DNA of 64,000 nt from a bacterium (GTDB lineage: Bacteria; Bacteroidota; Ignavibacteria; UBA10030): positions 12,315 to 76,314 of the forward strand of contig JAZDJN010000032.1 of assembly GCA_043803945.1 (NCBI GenBank), in the 5' to 3' direction. Made by a program: the position numbers and the translations under genes. Shown here piece by piece: positions 42,301 to 49,796 of the stretch. A model generated the notes under the pieces. That model had not been told where the DNA came from. It worked only from the letters and a program-made list of their open reading frames with translations, and searched no databases. The first letter of the stretch is position 1; each line of letters starts with the position of its first letter.

Positions 42301-42596
42301 TTGTTCCGAATCCGTATGTCGGTTTTTCGAGCTTCGAGCCGGAGCGTTTTGCAGTATCGGGGCGCGGAGAGAGGCGTATTGAATTTCGGAATCTTTCCAA
42401 GCAATGTACAATTCGGATCTTTACCCTTCACGGCGATCTCGTCCAAACACTCTACCATGATGGATCAATGGCAGGTGTTGTCGCCTGGAACTTACGCACG
42501 AAAGACAATTTAGAGGTAGCACCCGGTCTCTATATCTTTCATGTGGAAGGAGGTGAGCTGGGGACGAAAATTGGGAAATTTGCTATTATTAAATAG
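39297..42596 (+). CDS. Large secreted protein with acidic Ca-binding-like loops, an FN3-like domain and a T9SS-like CTD
   Basis: Signal peptide; DDDDDGILNE and DRDNDS; PPPLPTV...LSWD...FEGYRVYRS...YYYAVTAYD; C-terminal VVPNPY...IRIFTLHGDLV...WNL...PGLYIFHV...KFAIIK. Confidence 0.8.
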   Translation: MSISMNRRFGCKKTLVHLLFIVGCVAPGFGQIRTPVPESQRGRIDAERSGMHDAASIRTVFYNFGMVGDYPPDPGNVDLSVFHSVEVPKGLGLNYSDGITPFVLAKVRQRNGVNAYIMETGFRERQQWSPYTRRVMRFEPRPGYMQADPAKNIKRSLALSSDKRTWPDEWIDKLEDVTDPGWRGSWNGYFGKRPAADQESFFVMDDNFYDAWDFYPDSRDTTRRGLGLRVEVRGFQWSNPQAANVIFWHYDITNESTTDYNDNIIFGLYMDSGVGGSALSCDGVYESDDDNAYFDKSLGLNLVYTWDKNGHGVAFNSNCATSGFLGYAYLETPGNSTNAIDDDDDGILNEKRDGGPGQLITGQAAIMAFVASHYDTAKFQAAYGKIEDRPAFRAGKWWTGDEDMDWVADLHDTGVDGIFNKDHPDVGEGDGIPTAGEPNFDQTDLHESDQIGLTGFKMNRIVAGQGTPNPQVDDIVFFDDGHAWPKQQYEMWTDPVQEKRFDAALVSNYNIGFFFASGPFRLLQQKRERFSLALAYGNDLDELKRTVKVVQQIYNANYQFAVPPPLPTVQAEAGDGYVRLSWDDVAERGIDPVTGLNDFEGYRVYRSTDPTFLDPKLISNARGTGPLQGSNGRPIVQFDLKNSFRGFSSLAVEGVLYYLGDETGITHTWIDTTVTNGILYYYAVTAYDHGADTLDFHFYPSENPISVTQDVRAGIVLPPNVAQVRPNQRVMGYQPAGANEALRRSGTGSGSVKLKVLTSSLVPNNHTLLIKFRTNHPDSIRADYYEMIDSTTNTLLIGQGTDLMGEGIGQVGAGIQPIIATPLTTSVDTLASQFLPSGKTNVKLKFTYQPVVSPNRRRSGYPANLTITFSDTPLDTTLQGIGRPRKPVKYSIVAIDSNKSIPLKSQLFDRDNDSTLSRPGEYIDVVTYLPEALTSAKVTWRIQIDTTRMPSGSQIIIPCTGDQFTAVINKPFGEGDVYAFTTVGESIDKDKAKQEFTGEPYVVPNPYVGFSSFEPERFAVSGRGERRIEFRNLSKQCTIRIFTLHGDLVQTLYHDGSMAGVVAWNLRTKDNLEVAPGLYIFHVEGGELGTKIGKFAIIK

Positions 42597-42662
42597 TGGA
42601 TGAAGAGTGTGCTGGATCATCCTCAACGACGGAAAGGGCCAGTGGATATCAGACGAGAGCAT

Positions 42663-43688
42663 ATGAATAAAACATTTTTCTATCGCTGTACAGTGTACCT
42701 GACTTTCTGTTGCAGCCTCGTTGTGATTGCATTGCAGAGTCAGACTAAGACAGGAACAACTGTCGGACAATTCCTGCTCATAGAACCGAGTGCCCGCATC
42801 GCTGCGATGGGAAATGCCGGCGCCGGGGCCTTGAACGAAGTGCAGGCAGGATATTATAATCCAGCGGTATGGGGAACGCTTGAGCGATCAGGTGTTCAAT
42901 TCACTCATAGTCTCTGGCTAGCCGATATTACTTATAACTATGCAAGTGTCGGCGTTAAGACAGGCTCACAGGGAGCGGTTGCGGTGACCTTTACATCACT
43001 GAGTTCAGGTGAAATCGATGTAAGAACTGTTGAACAACCGCTTGGCACGGGCGAACGATATTCGGTCACCAATATAGCGTTGGGATTAGGGTATGGCTAC
43101 CGTTTGAGCGATCGATTCTCCGCAGGTATTACACTGAACTATATTCAGGAAACAATCTGGCATAGCTCGCTTGTTGCAGTTGGCCTGAACTTCGGAACGC
43201 TCTTTCGTGTGACAAGCGATGACCTTTACCTTGGGGCAAGTCTTTCGAACTTCGGAACGCGGGCCAGATACAGTGGGACGGATTTGCGAATCCGGTTTGA
43301 TGGCAATCCATCAACATACGGAGATAACAGTAATCTGCCCGGTGAAGTTTATACAGAAGAATACCCTTTACCGATCCTCTTTCGGGTTGGGCTTAGTTAT
43401 CCTCTTAGGATCGATTCGAAAAATCATCTGTATGTTGCGATCGATGCACTTCATCCGAGCGATAACACGGAGAGCATAAACGTCGGTCTCGAATGGACGT
43501 TTATGGAGATTGTTTCGTTGCGTGGAGGATACCAACAACTTTTCCAAAGGGATTCAGAGATAGGGCTCACCCTGGGAATGGGCCTTCACTATGAGTTCTT
43601 TAGTGTTCCGCTACACCTCGACTACGCCTGGGCAAACTATAAACAGCTTAAAGAGACACAGCGCATCACATTTGGCTTACAATTCTAG
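42663..43688 (+). CDS. PorV/PorQ-family outer membrane beta-barrel (T9SS shuttle-like)
   Basis: FLLIEPSARIAAMGNAG, YYNPA, alternating beta strands, LRGGY, C-terminal Phe (FGLQF). Confidence 0.85.
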   Translation: MNKTFFYRCTVYLTFCCSLVVIALQSQTKTGTTVGQFLLIEPSARIAAMGNAGAGALNEVQAGYYNPAVWGTLERSGVQFTHSLWLADITYNYASVGVKTGSQGAVAVTFTSLSSGEIDVRTVEQPLGTGERYSVTNIALGLGYGYRLSDRFSAGITLNYIQETIWHSSLVAVGLNFGTLFRVTSDDLYLGASLSNFGTRARYSGTDLRIRFDGNPSTYGDNSNLPGEVYTEEYPLPILFRVGLSYPLRIDSKNHLYVAIDALHPSDNTESINVGLEWTFMEIVSLRGGYQQLFQRDSEIGLTLGMGLHYEFFSVPLHLDYAWANYKQLKETQRITFGLQF

Positions 43689-43749
43689 AATTCCTTAGAT
43701 TGTTGGAAGGAAAGCGTATTGTTCTCTATTTCTAGAGAGGAAAGCAAGA

Positions 43750-46143
43750 TTGTTTAAGACGAAGTATGGCTATTTTTCTTCGAACGGAAAAGAATTCATC
43801 ATCACAAATCCCCAGACACCTCGCCCCTGGGTGAATGTCATCAGCAATGGTGACATGGGCTTCATTCTTTCTCAAGCAGGTGGTGGATACAGTTGGCGAA
43901 CGAATGCACAGATTAATCGGCTGACACGCTGGGAGCAAGACATTGTTAAAGATGAATGGGGAAAATTCCTTTATATCCGTGATGCACAAATCGGAAAACT
44001 ATGGTCTGCAGCGTGGAAGCCATGCTGTGTAACTCCCGACTTCTATGAAGTCCACTATGGTGCGGGATATGCCACTATCCTCTCACGGCTAAATGGAATC
44101 CAGACGGCATGGACAATGTTCGTTGCTCCTGATGAACCGATTGAGCTATGGAAATTAATCGTTACAAATACTTCAAAAAAAAATCGGACGTTACAGCTCT
44201 TCACGTTCTTCGAATGGTGTCTCGGTGCTGCACCGGATTGGCATCGAGAGTTCCATAAATGTTTTATCGAGACGCAGTATGACTCTTCCATGAATGCCAT
44301 TCTTGCCACTAAGCGATTATGGGAAGTTCCTTCTGGACAGGGACACTGGAACGTGGCGTGGCCTTATATTGCATTTCATTCTGTCAATATCAAACCCGCG
44401 GCGTTTGATTGCAGTAAGGAAAATGTCTTGGGCCCTTACGGCACACCGAGTCGACCACTCGGGATCACATCGGGTCGTTTGAAGAAAGCGTCGGGAAATT
44501 ATCACGATCCAGTCGCATCCCTGCACGTTAATGTCGCCTTGGCACCCGGGCAAAGTAAGACACTCATTTTTACACTCGGTGCATCGGCCAATAGGGATGA
44601 AGTCAGGGCTCTCACAAAAAAGTATCGTTCTATTCCAAACGTGGATGCTGCACTTGAGAAGGTTCAGCAACGATGGAATACGTTGCTCTCAGCCTCACAG
44701 GTGAAGACACCCGATGCGTCGATGAATATACTACTGAACCACTGGCTTAAATATCAAGCTATTGCCGGCCGCCTTTGGGGGAGGACTGGCTACTATCAAG
44801 CGGGAGGTGCCTATGGGTACCGGGACCAACTGCAGGATAGCCAGATCTTTCTTTCCGTTCAGCCGGAGAGGACGAAGGAACAAATCCTCCTACATGCACG
44901 TCATCAATTCAAAGACGGCACCGTCTACCATTGGTGGCATCCTCTTTCCGAGGTTGGATACTCCACGGCGATGACAGACGATCTCCTCTGGCTTCCCTTC
45001 CTTGTTAATTCTTATTGGGAAGAAACAGGGGATTCATCAATCCTCGATTGTAAAGAGCCGTTTGTTGATGACCACGAACCATCCTCGCTCTACGATCATT
45101 GCTTTCGCGCTATTGAAAAAACACTTTGCCGGGTCAGCCCTCGAGGGCTTCCGCTCATTGGCGCCGGCGATTGGAACGATGGCTTGAGTGCCGTTGGCCT
45201 GAAATGGAAAGGGGAATCAATATGGCTTGGCGAATTCCTCTATTACATCCTCAAGAGATTCGTGAGAATTACAGCGATTTATGGAGATGCTGCACGGTCG
45301 GAACAATATCTCCGGGAAGCGGAAAAACTCATCTATGCGATTAATCAATATGGATGGGATGGCCACTGGTATTTCTATGGAACAAAAGACTCGGGAGAGA
45401 AGATTGGATCGCAAGAAAATAAGGAAGGCCGCATCCATCTTAATCCTCAAACGTGGGCAATCCTTGCCGATATTGCAGACGGACCACGGGCGTCGGAAGT
45501 CCTTGATGTAATCTTTAAGAATTTAGAAAGTGAAGCTGGCCCTATTCTGCTCTCGCCAGCGTATCATACGCCGGATGAATACATTGGATATCTGACACGG
45601 TATGCACCAGGTACACGAGAGAATGGAGCCACCTACACTCATGCCGCAACATGGGCAATTATTGCCGCTGCGAAACTTGGAGAGGCTGAAGCCGCATATC
45701 GATTGTTTTCAAAAATTAATCCAATCGTGCGCGGGAGTAAACCCGATCACTATTGCGTTGAACCTTATGTATCCCCAGGAAATATTGATGGTCCCGATTC
45801 TGAATTCTATGGTCGCGGAGGATGGACCTGGTACACTGGTTCGGCTGCTTGGCTTTGGAAATCGGGTATGGAATGGATCTTAGGAGTTCGTGCCACTCCT
45901 GAAGGACTGCTCATTAAACCATGCATTCCAGCACAATGGAAAGAATATTCAGTGAAACGGATATTCCGTGGCGCAACGTATCGCATTGCTGTCTCAAATC
46001 CTAATCGTGTCAATCGAGGTATTGTTACTGTCCTTGCTGATGGTCAACCATTGGAAGGATTTCAGCCTGCAGATGAAGTTGTACTCCCACTCTATCCGCC
46101 CAGTTCAAATCATGAAATCACGGTAGTCCTTGGTAAAGAATAG
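43750..46143 (+). CDS. GH94 glycoside phosphorylase, cytoplasmic
   Basis: TPRPWVNVISN, YQAGGAYGYRDQLQD, DDLLWL, GDWNDG, RENGATYTHA, EPYV, WTWYTGSAAW. Confidence 0.93.
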   Translation: MFKTKYGYFSSNGKEFIITNPQTPRPWVNVISNGDMGFILSQAGGGYSWRTNAQINRLTRWEQDIVKDEWGKFLYIRDAQIGKLWSAAWKPCCVTPDFYEVHYGAGYATILSRLNGIQTAWTMFVAPDEPIELWKLIVTNTSKKNRTLQLFTFFEWCLGAAPDWHREFHKCFIETQYDSSMNAILATKRLWEVPSGQGHWNVAWPYIAFHSVNIKPAAFDCSKENVLGPYGTPSRPLGITSGRLKKASGNYHDPVASLHVNVALAPGQSKTLIFTLGASANRDEVRALTKKYRSIPNVDAALEKVQQRWNTLLSASQVKTPDASMNILLNHWLKYQAIAGRLWGRTGYYQAGGAYGYRDQLQDSQIFLSVQPERTKEQILLHARHQFKDGTVYHWWHPLSEVGYSTAMTDDLLWLPFLVNSYWEETGDSSILDCKEPFVDDHEPSSLYDHCFRAIEKTLCRVSPRGLPLIGAGDWNDGLSAVGLKWKGESIWLGEFLYYILKRFVRITAIYGDAARSEQYLREAEKLIYAINQYGWDGHWYFYGTKDSGEKIGSQENKEGRIHLNPQTWAILADIADGPRASEVLDVIFKNLESEAGPILLSPAYHTPDEYIGYLTRYAPGTRENGATYTHAATWAIIAAAKLGEAEAAYRLFSKINPIVRGSKPDHYCVEPYVSPGNIDGPDSEFYGRGGWTWYTGSAAWLWKSGMEWILGVRATPEGLLIKPCIPAQWKEYSVKRIFRGATYRIAVSNPNRVNRGIVTVLADGQPLEGFQPADEVVLPLYPPSSNHEITVVLGKE

Positions 46144-46144
46144 C

Positions 46145-48376
46145 ATGAAAGGAAGACGAAATTCTTTGCTACCAATAAGCTCAACACTACAATACCTTCC
46201 AGAGCGACGCTCGAAGCGTCGCGTCATTGCTCAATGGTTCATTCTCGTCTTACTGCTTATGAATTTCCCAAGCATTGTATTTGCTCAGGGAATGACATTT
46301 TCCATTATTTTTGATGATGACCCGGGTTCAACTGTCTATCGTGATGCCTCGTGGGGATACGCTAATGGAGGAGATTATCTGCGTCTTGCAGGTGCGGGCG
46401 ATAAATTACCACTTGAAACCTCACAGCACTATAGTGGAACAATGTGCGGTGTTCTTGACTATCGTCATGCAACGAATGGAATGTGGGAAATGTTCATCGC
46501 AAGCAACTCGTGGCAATCTCGAGATTTCTCGAGCTATGATAGCCTCGTCTTTTATGTGAATGCTCCTTCGGCAATTCCCGATAATGAACTCCCTCGTCTA
46601 GGTCTTGAAGCCTCGAATAGCGCAAAGAGCGCAATCATCACACTTTCACAATACCTGAGATTGGATGGTTCCACGGTGACATGGCAGCGTGTCAGTATTC
46701 CCTTCAACGCCTTTGAGCCGTTCGGAAGCTTCTCCCTCTCAGCGTTCAAGGCCATACGATTCCTCGCTGGTGGAGAGACCTCTGCAGAACGAACTCTCTG
46801 GATTGATTACATCGGCGCTGTTAAGAAGGGAGCTGTTCTGCCACTCCCGACACTTTCGGATCAGCAACTGCTTGACTCTCTTCAATATAAGGCATTTCTC
46901 TTTTTCTGGAATGAAGCCAATCCATCCAACGGGTTGATTCGAGATCGTAACACGATCACATCATCGGCCAGTATTGCTGCCGTTGGATTTGGATTGACTG
47001 CTATTGCCGTTGCCATTGACCATGGATGGATCACGCGTGACGCCGGACGAGATCGAGTCCTGACAACGCTGAGAACGTTTTGGGAAAAACCGCAGGGGAG
47101 TACTCCGAGCGGAACGATCGGCTACAAAGGATGGTTCTACCATTTCCTTGATATGAATACTGCAACTCGATTATATTCTCCTTCATGGAAGAGTGAACTC
47201 TCATCCATTGACACCGGGCTGTTACTCGCAGGGATTTTATTTTCCCGGGAATATTTTACTGGAAGCGACAGCATTGAAGTCCGCATCAGATCATTAGCAG
47301 ATTCAATATCCAATCGGATTGACTGGCAATGGATGATGGACGGCGGTTCATCGCTGACACATGGATATACTCCTGAAAACAATATGCTCCCTTACCGCTG
47401 GATTGGGTACAGCGAAGCGATGATTCTCTATATTCTTGGAATGGGATCGACCAAAAATCCGGTACCACCGTCTGCATGGAATGCCTGGACCAGTGGGTAT
47501 TCCTGGCTAACTCATTATGGATATTCGCATGTGAATTTTCCCCCGCTGTTCGGTCATCAATATTCACATTGTTGGATCGACTTTCGCTCGATTGCAGATG
47601 GTTACATGCGAGAGAAAAAAATAACATACTTTGAAAACTCCCGCCGTGCAACATTAGCCAATCGTGCTTACTGCATAGCGAATCCTTCAGGATTCCAAGG
47701 TTATGGAGCGACAATCTGGGGACTTACAGCGTGCGATGGACCAACGGGATATAATGCCCGAGGTGCACCTCCAGCGCAAAACGATGATGGAACCATTGCT
47801 CCGACTGCAGCGGCAAGTTCAATGCCGTTCGTACCGAACGAGTCGATCACAGCCATGCAGGCAATGTATACACTCTATGGTCCACAATTGTGGGGGAGAT
47901 ATGGTTTTGGTGATGCTTTCAATCCGACGAAGAACTGGTTCGGATCGGAGGTGATCGGCATCGATCAGGGTCCGATTATTATCATGATCGAAAATTATCG
48001 GACAGGTAAAGTTTGGCAAACATTTATGAAAAATCCTCAAGTGAAGTTGGGATTATCCTCAGCAGGATTTCAACCACTACCAACTGCTATTAATGAACAC
48101 ACGCGGATCCCACAGACAACGATGCTTCATCAGAATTTTCCAAATCCATTTAATCCTTCAACTACCATTCGTTATACCCTTAACGATCCGGGTCAGGTGA
48201 CACTCTCAATTTTTAATGTGATGGGTCAACTCGTGGGGCGGATGACGCACGAGCATTATACGGCAGGAGAATATCAATTCCAGTGGGAGGCAATGAACAA
48301 CCCAAGCGGTATCTATTGTTATCAATTGCAGCATGGTGTGACGTCTCTGACAAAACGTATGATACTTCTTAAATGA
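46145..48376 (+). CDS. GH144 endo-beta-1,2-glucanase-like enzyme with an N-terminal CBM-like domain and T9SS CTD
   Basis: SIAAVGFGLTA, GWFYHF, ELSSIDTGLL, GYSEAM, PLFGHQYSH, WGLTACDGP, GIDQGP; HQNFPNPFNPST. Confidence 0.88.
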   Translation: MKGRRNSLLPISSTLQYLPERRSKRRVIAQWFILVLLLMNFPSIVFAQGMTFSIIFDDDPGSTVYRDASWGYANGGDYLRLAGAGDKLPLETSQHYSGTMCGVLDYRHATNGMWEMFIASNSWQSRDFSSYDSLVFYVNAPSAIPDNELPRLGLEASNSAKSAIITLSQYLRLDGSTVTWQRVSIPFNAFEPFGSFSLSAFKAIRFLAGGETSAERTLWIDYIGAVKKGAVLPLPTLSDQQLLDSLQYKAFLFFWNEANPSNGLIRDRNTITSSASIAAVGFGLTAIAVAIDHGWITRDAGRDRVLTTLRTFWEKPQGSTPSGTIGYKGWFYHFLDMNTATRLYSPSWKSELSSIDTGLLLAGILFSREYFTGSDSIEVRIRSLADSISNRIDWQWMMDGGSSLTHGYTPENNMLPYRWIGYSEAMILYILGMGSTKNPVPPSAWNAWTSGYSWLTHYGYSHVNFPPLFGHQYSHCWIDFRSIADGYMREKKITYFENSRRATLANRAYCIANPSGFQGYGATIWGLTACDGPTGYNARGAPPAQNDDGTIAPTAAASSMPFVPNESITAMQAMYTLYGPQLWGRYGFGDAFNPTKNWFGSEVIGIDQGPIIIMIENYRTGKVWQTFMKNPQVKLGLSSAGFQPLPTAINEHTRIPQTTMLHQNFPNPFNPSTTIRYTLNDPGQVTLSIFNVMGQLVGRMTHEHYTAGEYQFQWEAMNNPSGIYCYQLQHGVTSLTKRMILLK

Positions 48377-48393
48377 GAACAGGGAAACAATCG

Positions 48394-49785
48394 ATGACCG
48401 GTAAAAGATTTTTCCTAGTATCATTCGTTGTCCTCTCTCTTCTGTGTTCTCTGAGTGTTGCTCAGCAAAAAACGAATTCTCTGAAGACAGACCCTTTCCT
48501 CAATGAACTGCACTATCGTACATTTCGGTGGTTTTGGGATGTCACCGATCCATCCACCGGATTGGTACCTGATCGCTGGCCGACACTCACGTTTTCGAGT
48601 GTGGCTGCAATAGGATTCGGATTGACAGCCTATGGTGTTGGTGCCGAGCATGCATACATTCCACGGGATTCGGCTGCAATGCGTGTGCTCGCTACTTTAG
48701 AATTTCTGTATAAACTGCCGCAACATGCAAAGGCCGATGCCATTGGCGGGTATCAGGGCTTCTTTTACCATTTCCTAAAGCTCGATTCTGGACATCGACT
48801 GGATGCTCGCGATGAGCTCTCCACAATCGATACGGCATTGTTGATTGCCGGAGCGTTGTTCTGTCAGTCTTATTTTGATCGTCCAAATAAAGCGGAACGA
48901 AGAATCCGCGCGCTAGCAGATTCACTCTACCGCCGGGTGAATTGGAAATGGTTCCAGGTGAAGGGATCGTTGCTTTCCATGTCCTGGACACCGGAAGGAG
49001 GATATAATCCCACACGCTGGATGGGCTACAGTGAGGGGATGATTCTCTATATTCTTGGATTAGGATCTCCAACCTATCCATTGCATCCAGATGCTTGGAA
49101 GGAGTGGACAAGATCGTATGTCTGGTCTTCGTATTACGGACCTCCCTTTGTGAGTTTTGGACCGCTCTTTGGGCATCAATATTCACATTTGTGGATTGAT
49201 TTTCGTGGGATTCAGGATGATTACATGAAACACAAGGGAATTGATTATTTTGAAAACTCGCGCTGTGCAACGTACTCTCAACGAGCTTACGCGACTGAAA
49301 ATCCGAAACACTACAGCGATTATTCGGCAAGGATCTGGGGATTATCAGCTTGCGATGGACCCGCCTCTACAACGATGGTTATCGATGGTGTTAAGAGAAC
49401 ATTTGTAGGTTATGCAGCAAGAGGATGTTCCGTCGATTGGACGAACGATGATGGAACGATTGCACCGACGGCTGCAGGTGGATCGGTGATGATTGCACCG
49501 GAAATCTGTATTCCTGCATTACAAGCGATGAAGGAACAGTACGGTGCTAACCTCTATACAACTTACGGATTTCTCGATTCCTTCAATCCTTCATTCCGAA
49601 CACCTGACCATCCGGATGGATGGTTCAATAAAGACTATCTGGGAATCGACCAGGGGCCAATCTTGCTCTCGATTGAGAATCTGAGAACTGAACTAATTTG
49701 GAAGCAGATGAAAAAAAATCCGTACATCATCCGGGGATTGAAGCGAGCGGGGTTCTCAGGAGGGTGGTTGGACAAGAAGAACTAG
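48394..49785 (+). CDS. GH144 (glucoamylase-like) beta-1,2-glucanase, probably periplasmic
   Basis: Signal peptide, no CTD; SVAAIGFGLTA, ELSTIDTALL, GPLFGHQYSH, DDGTIAPTA, GIDQGP. Confidence 0.9.
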   Translation: MTGKRFFLVSFVVLSLLCSLSVAQQKTNSLKTDPFLNELHYRTFRWFWDVTDPSTGLVPDRWPTLTFSSVAAIGFGLTAYGVGAEHAYIPRDSAAMRVLATLEFLYKLPQHAKADAIGGYQGFFYHFLKLDSGHRLDARDELSTIDTALLIAGALFCQSYFDRPNKAERRIRALADSLYRRVNWKWFQVKGSLLSMSWTPEGGYNPTRWMGYSEGMILYILGLGSPTYPLHPDAWKEWTRSYVWSSYYGPPFVSFGPLFGHQYSHLWIDFRGIQDDYMKHKGIDYFENSRCATYSQRAYATENPKHYSDYSARIWGLSACDGPASTTMVIDGVKRTFVGYAARGCSVDWTNDDGTIAPTAAGGSVMIAPEICIPALQAMKEQYGANLYTTYGFLDSFNPSFRTPDHPDGWFNKDYLGIDQGPILLSIENLRTELIWKQMKKNPYIIRGLKRAGFSGGWLDKKN

Positions 49786-49796
49786 AGTATTCAATC

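Noticed and set aside
36625-42596. Classical SusC/SusD pair
   Set aside because: The receptor lacks SusC signatures such as LKDAS..AIYG, and the downstream protein is 1099 aa with a T9SS-like tail, not a roughly 500-600 aa TPR lipoprotein.
48692-49330. Long antisense ORFs (this one, 34928-35530, 13591-14199 and others)
   Set aside because: Shadows of well-supported genes on the opposite strand.
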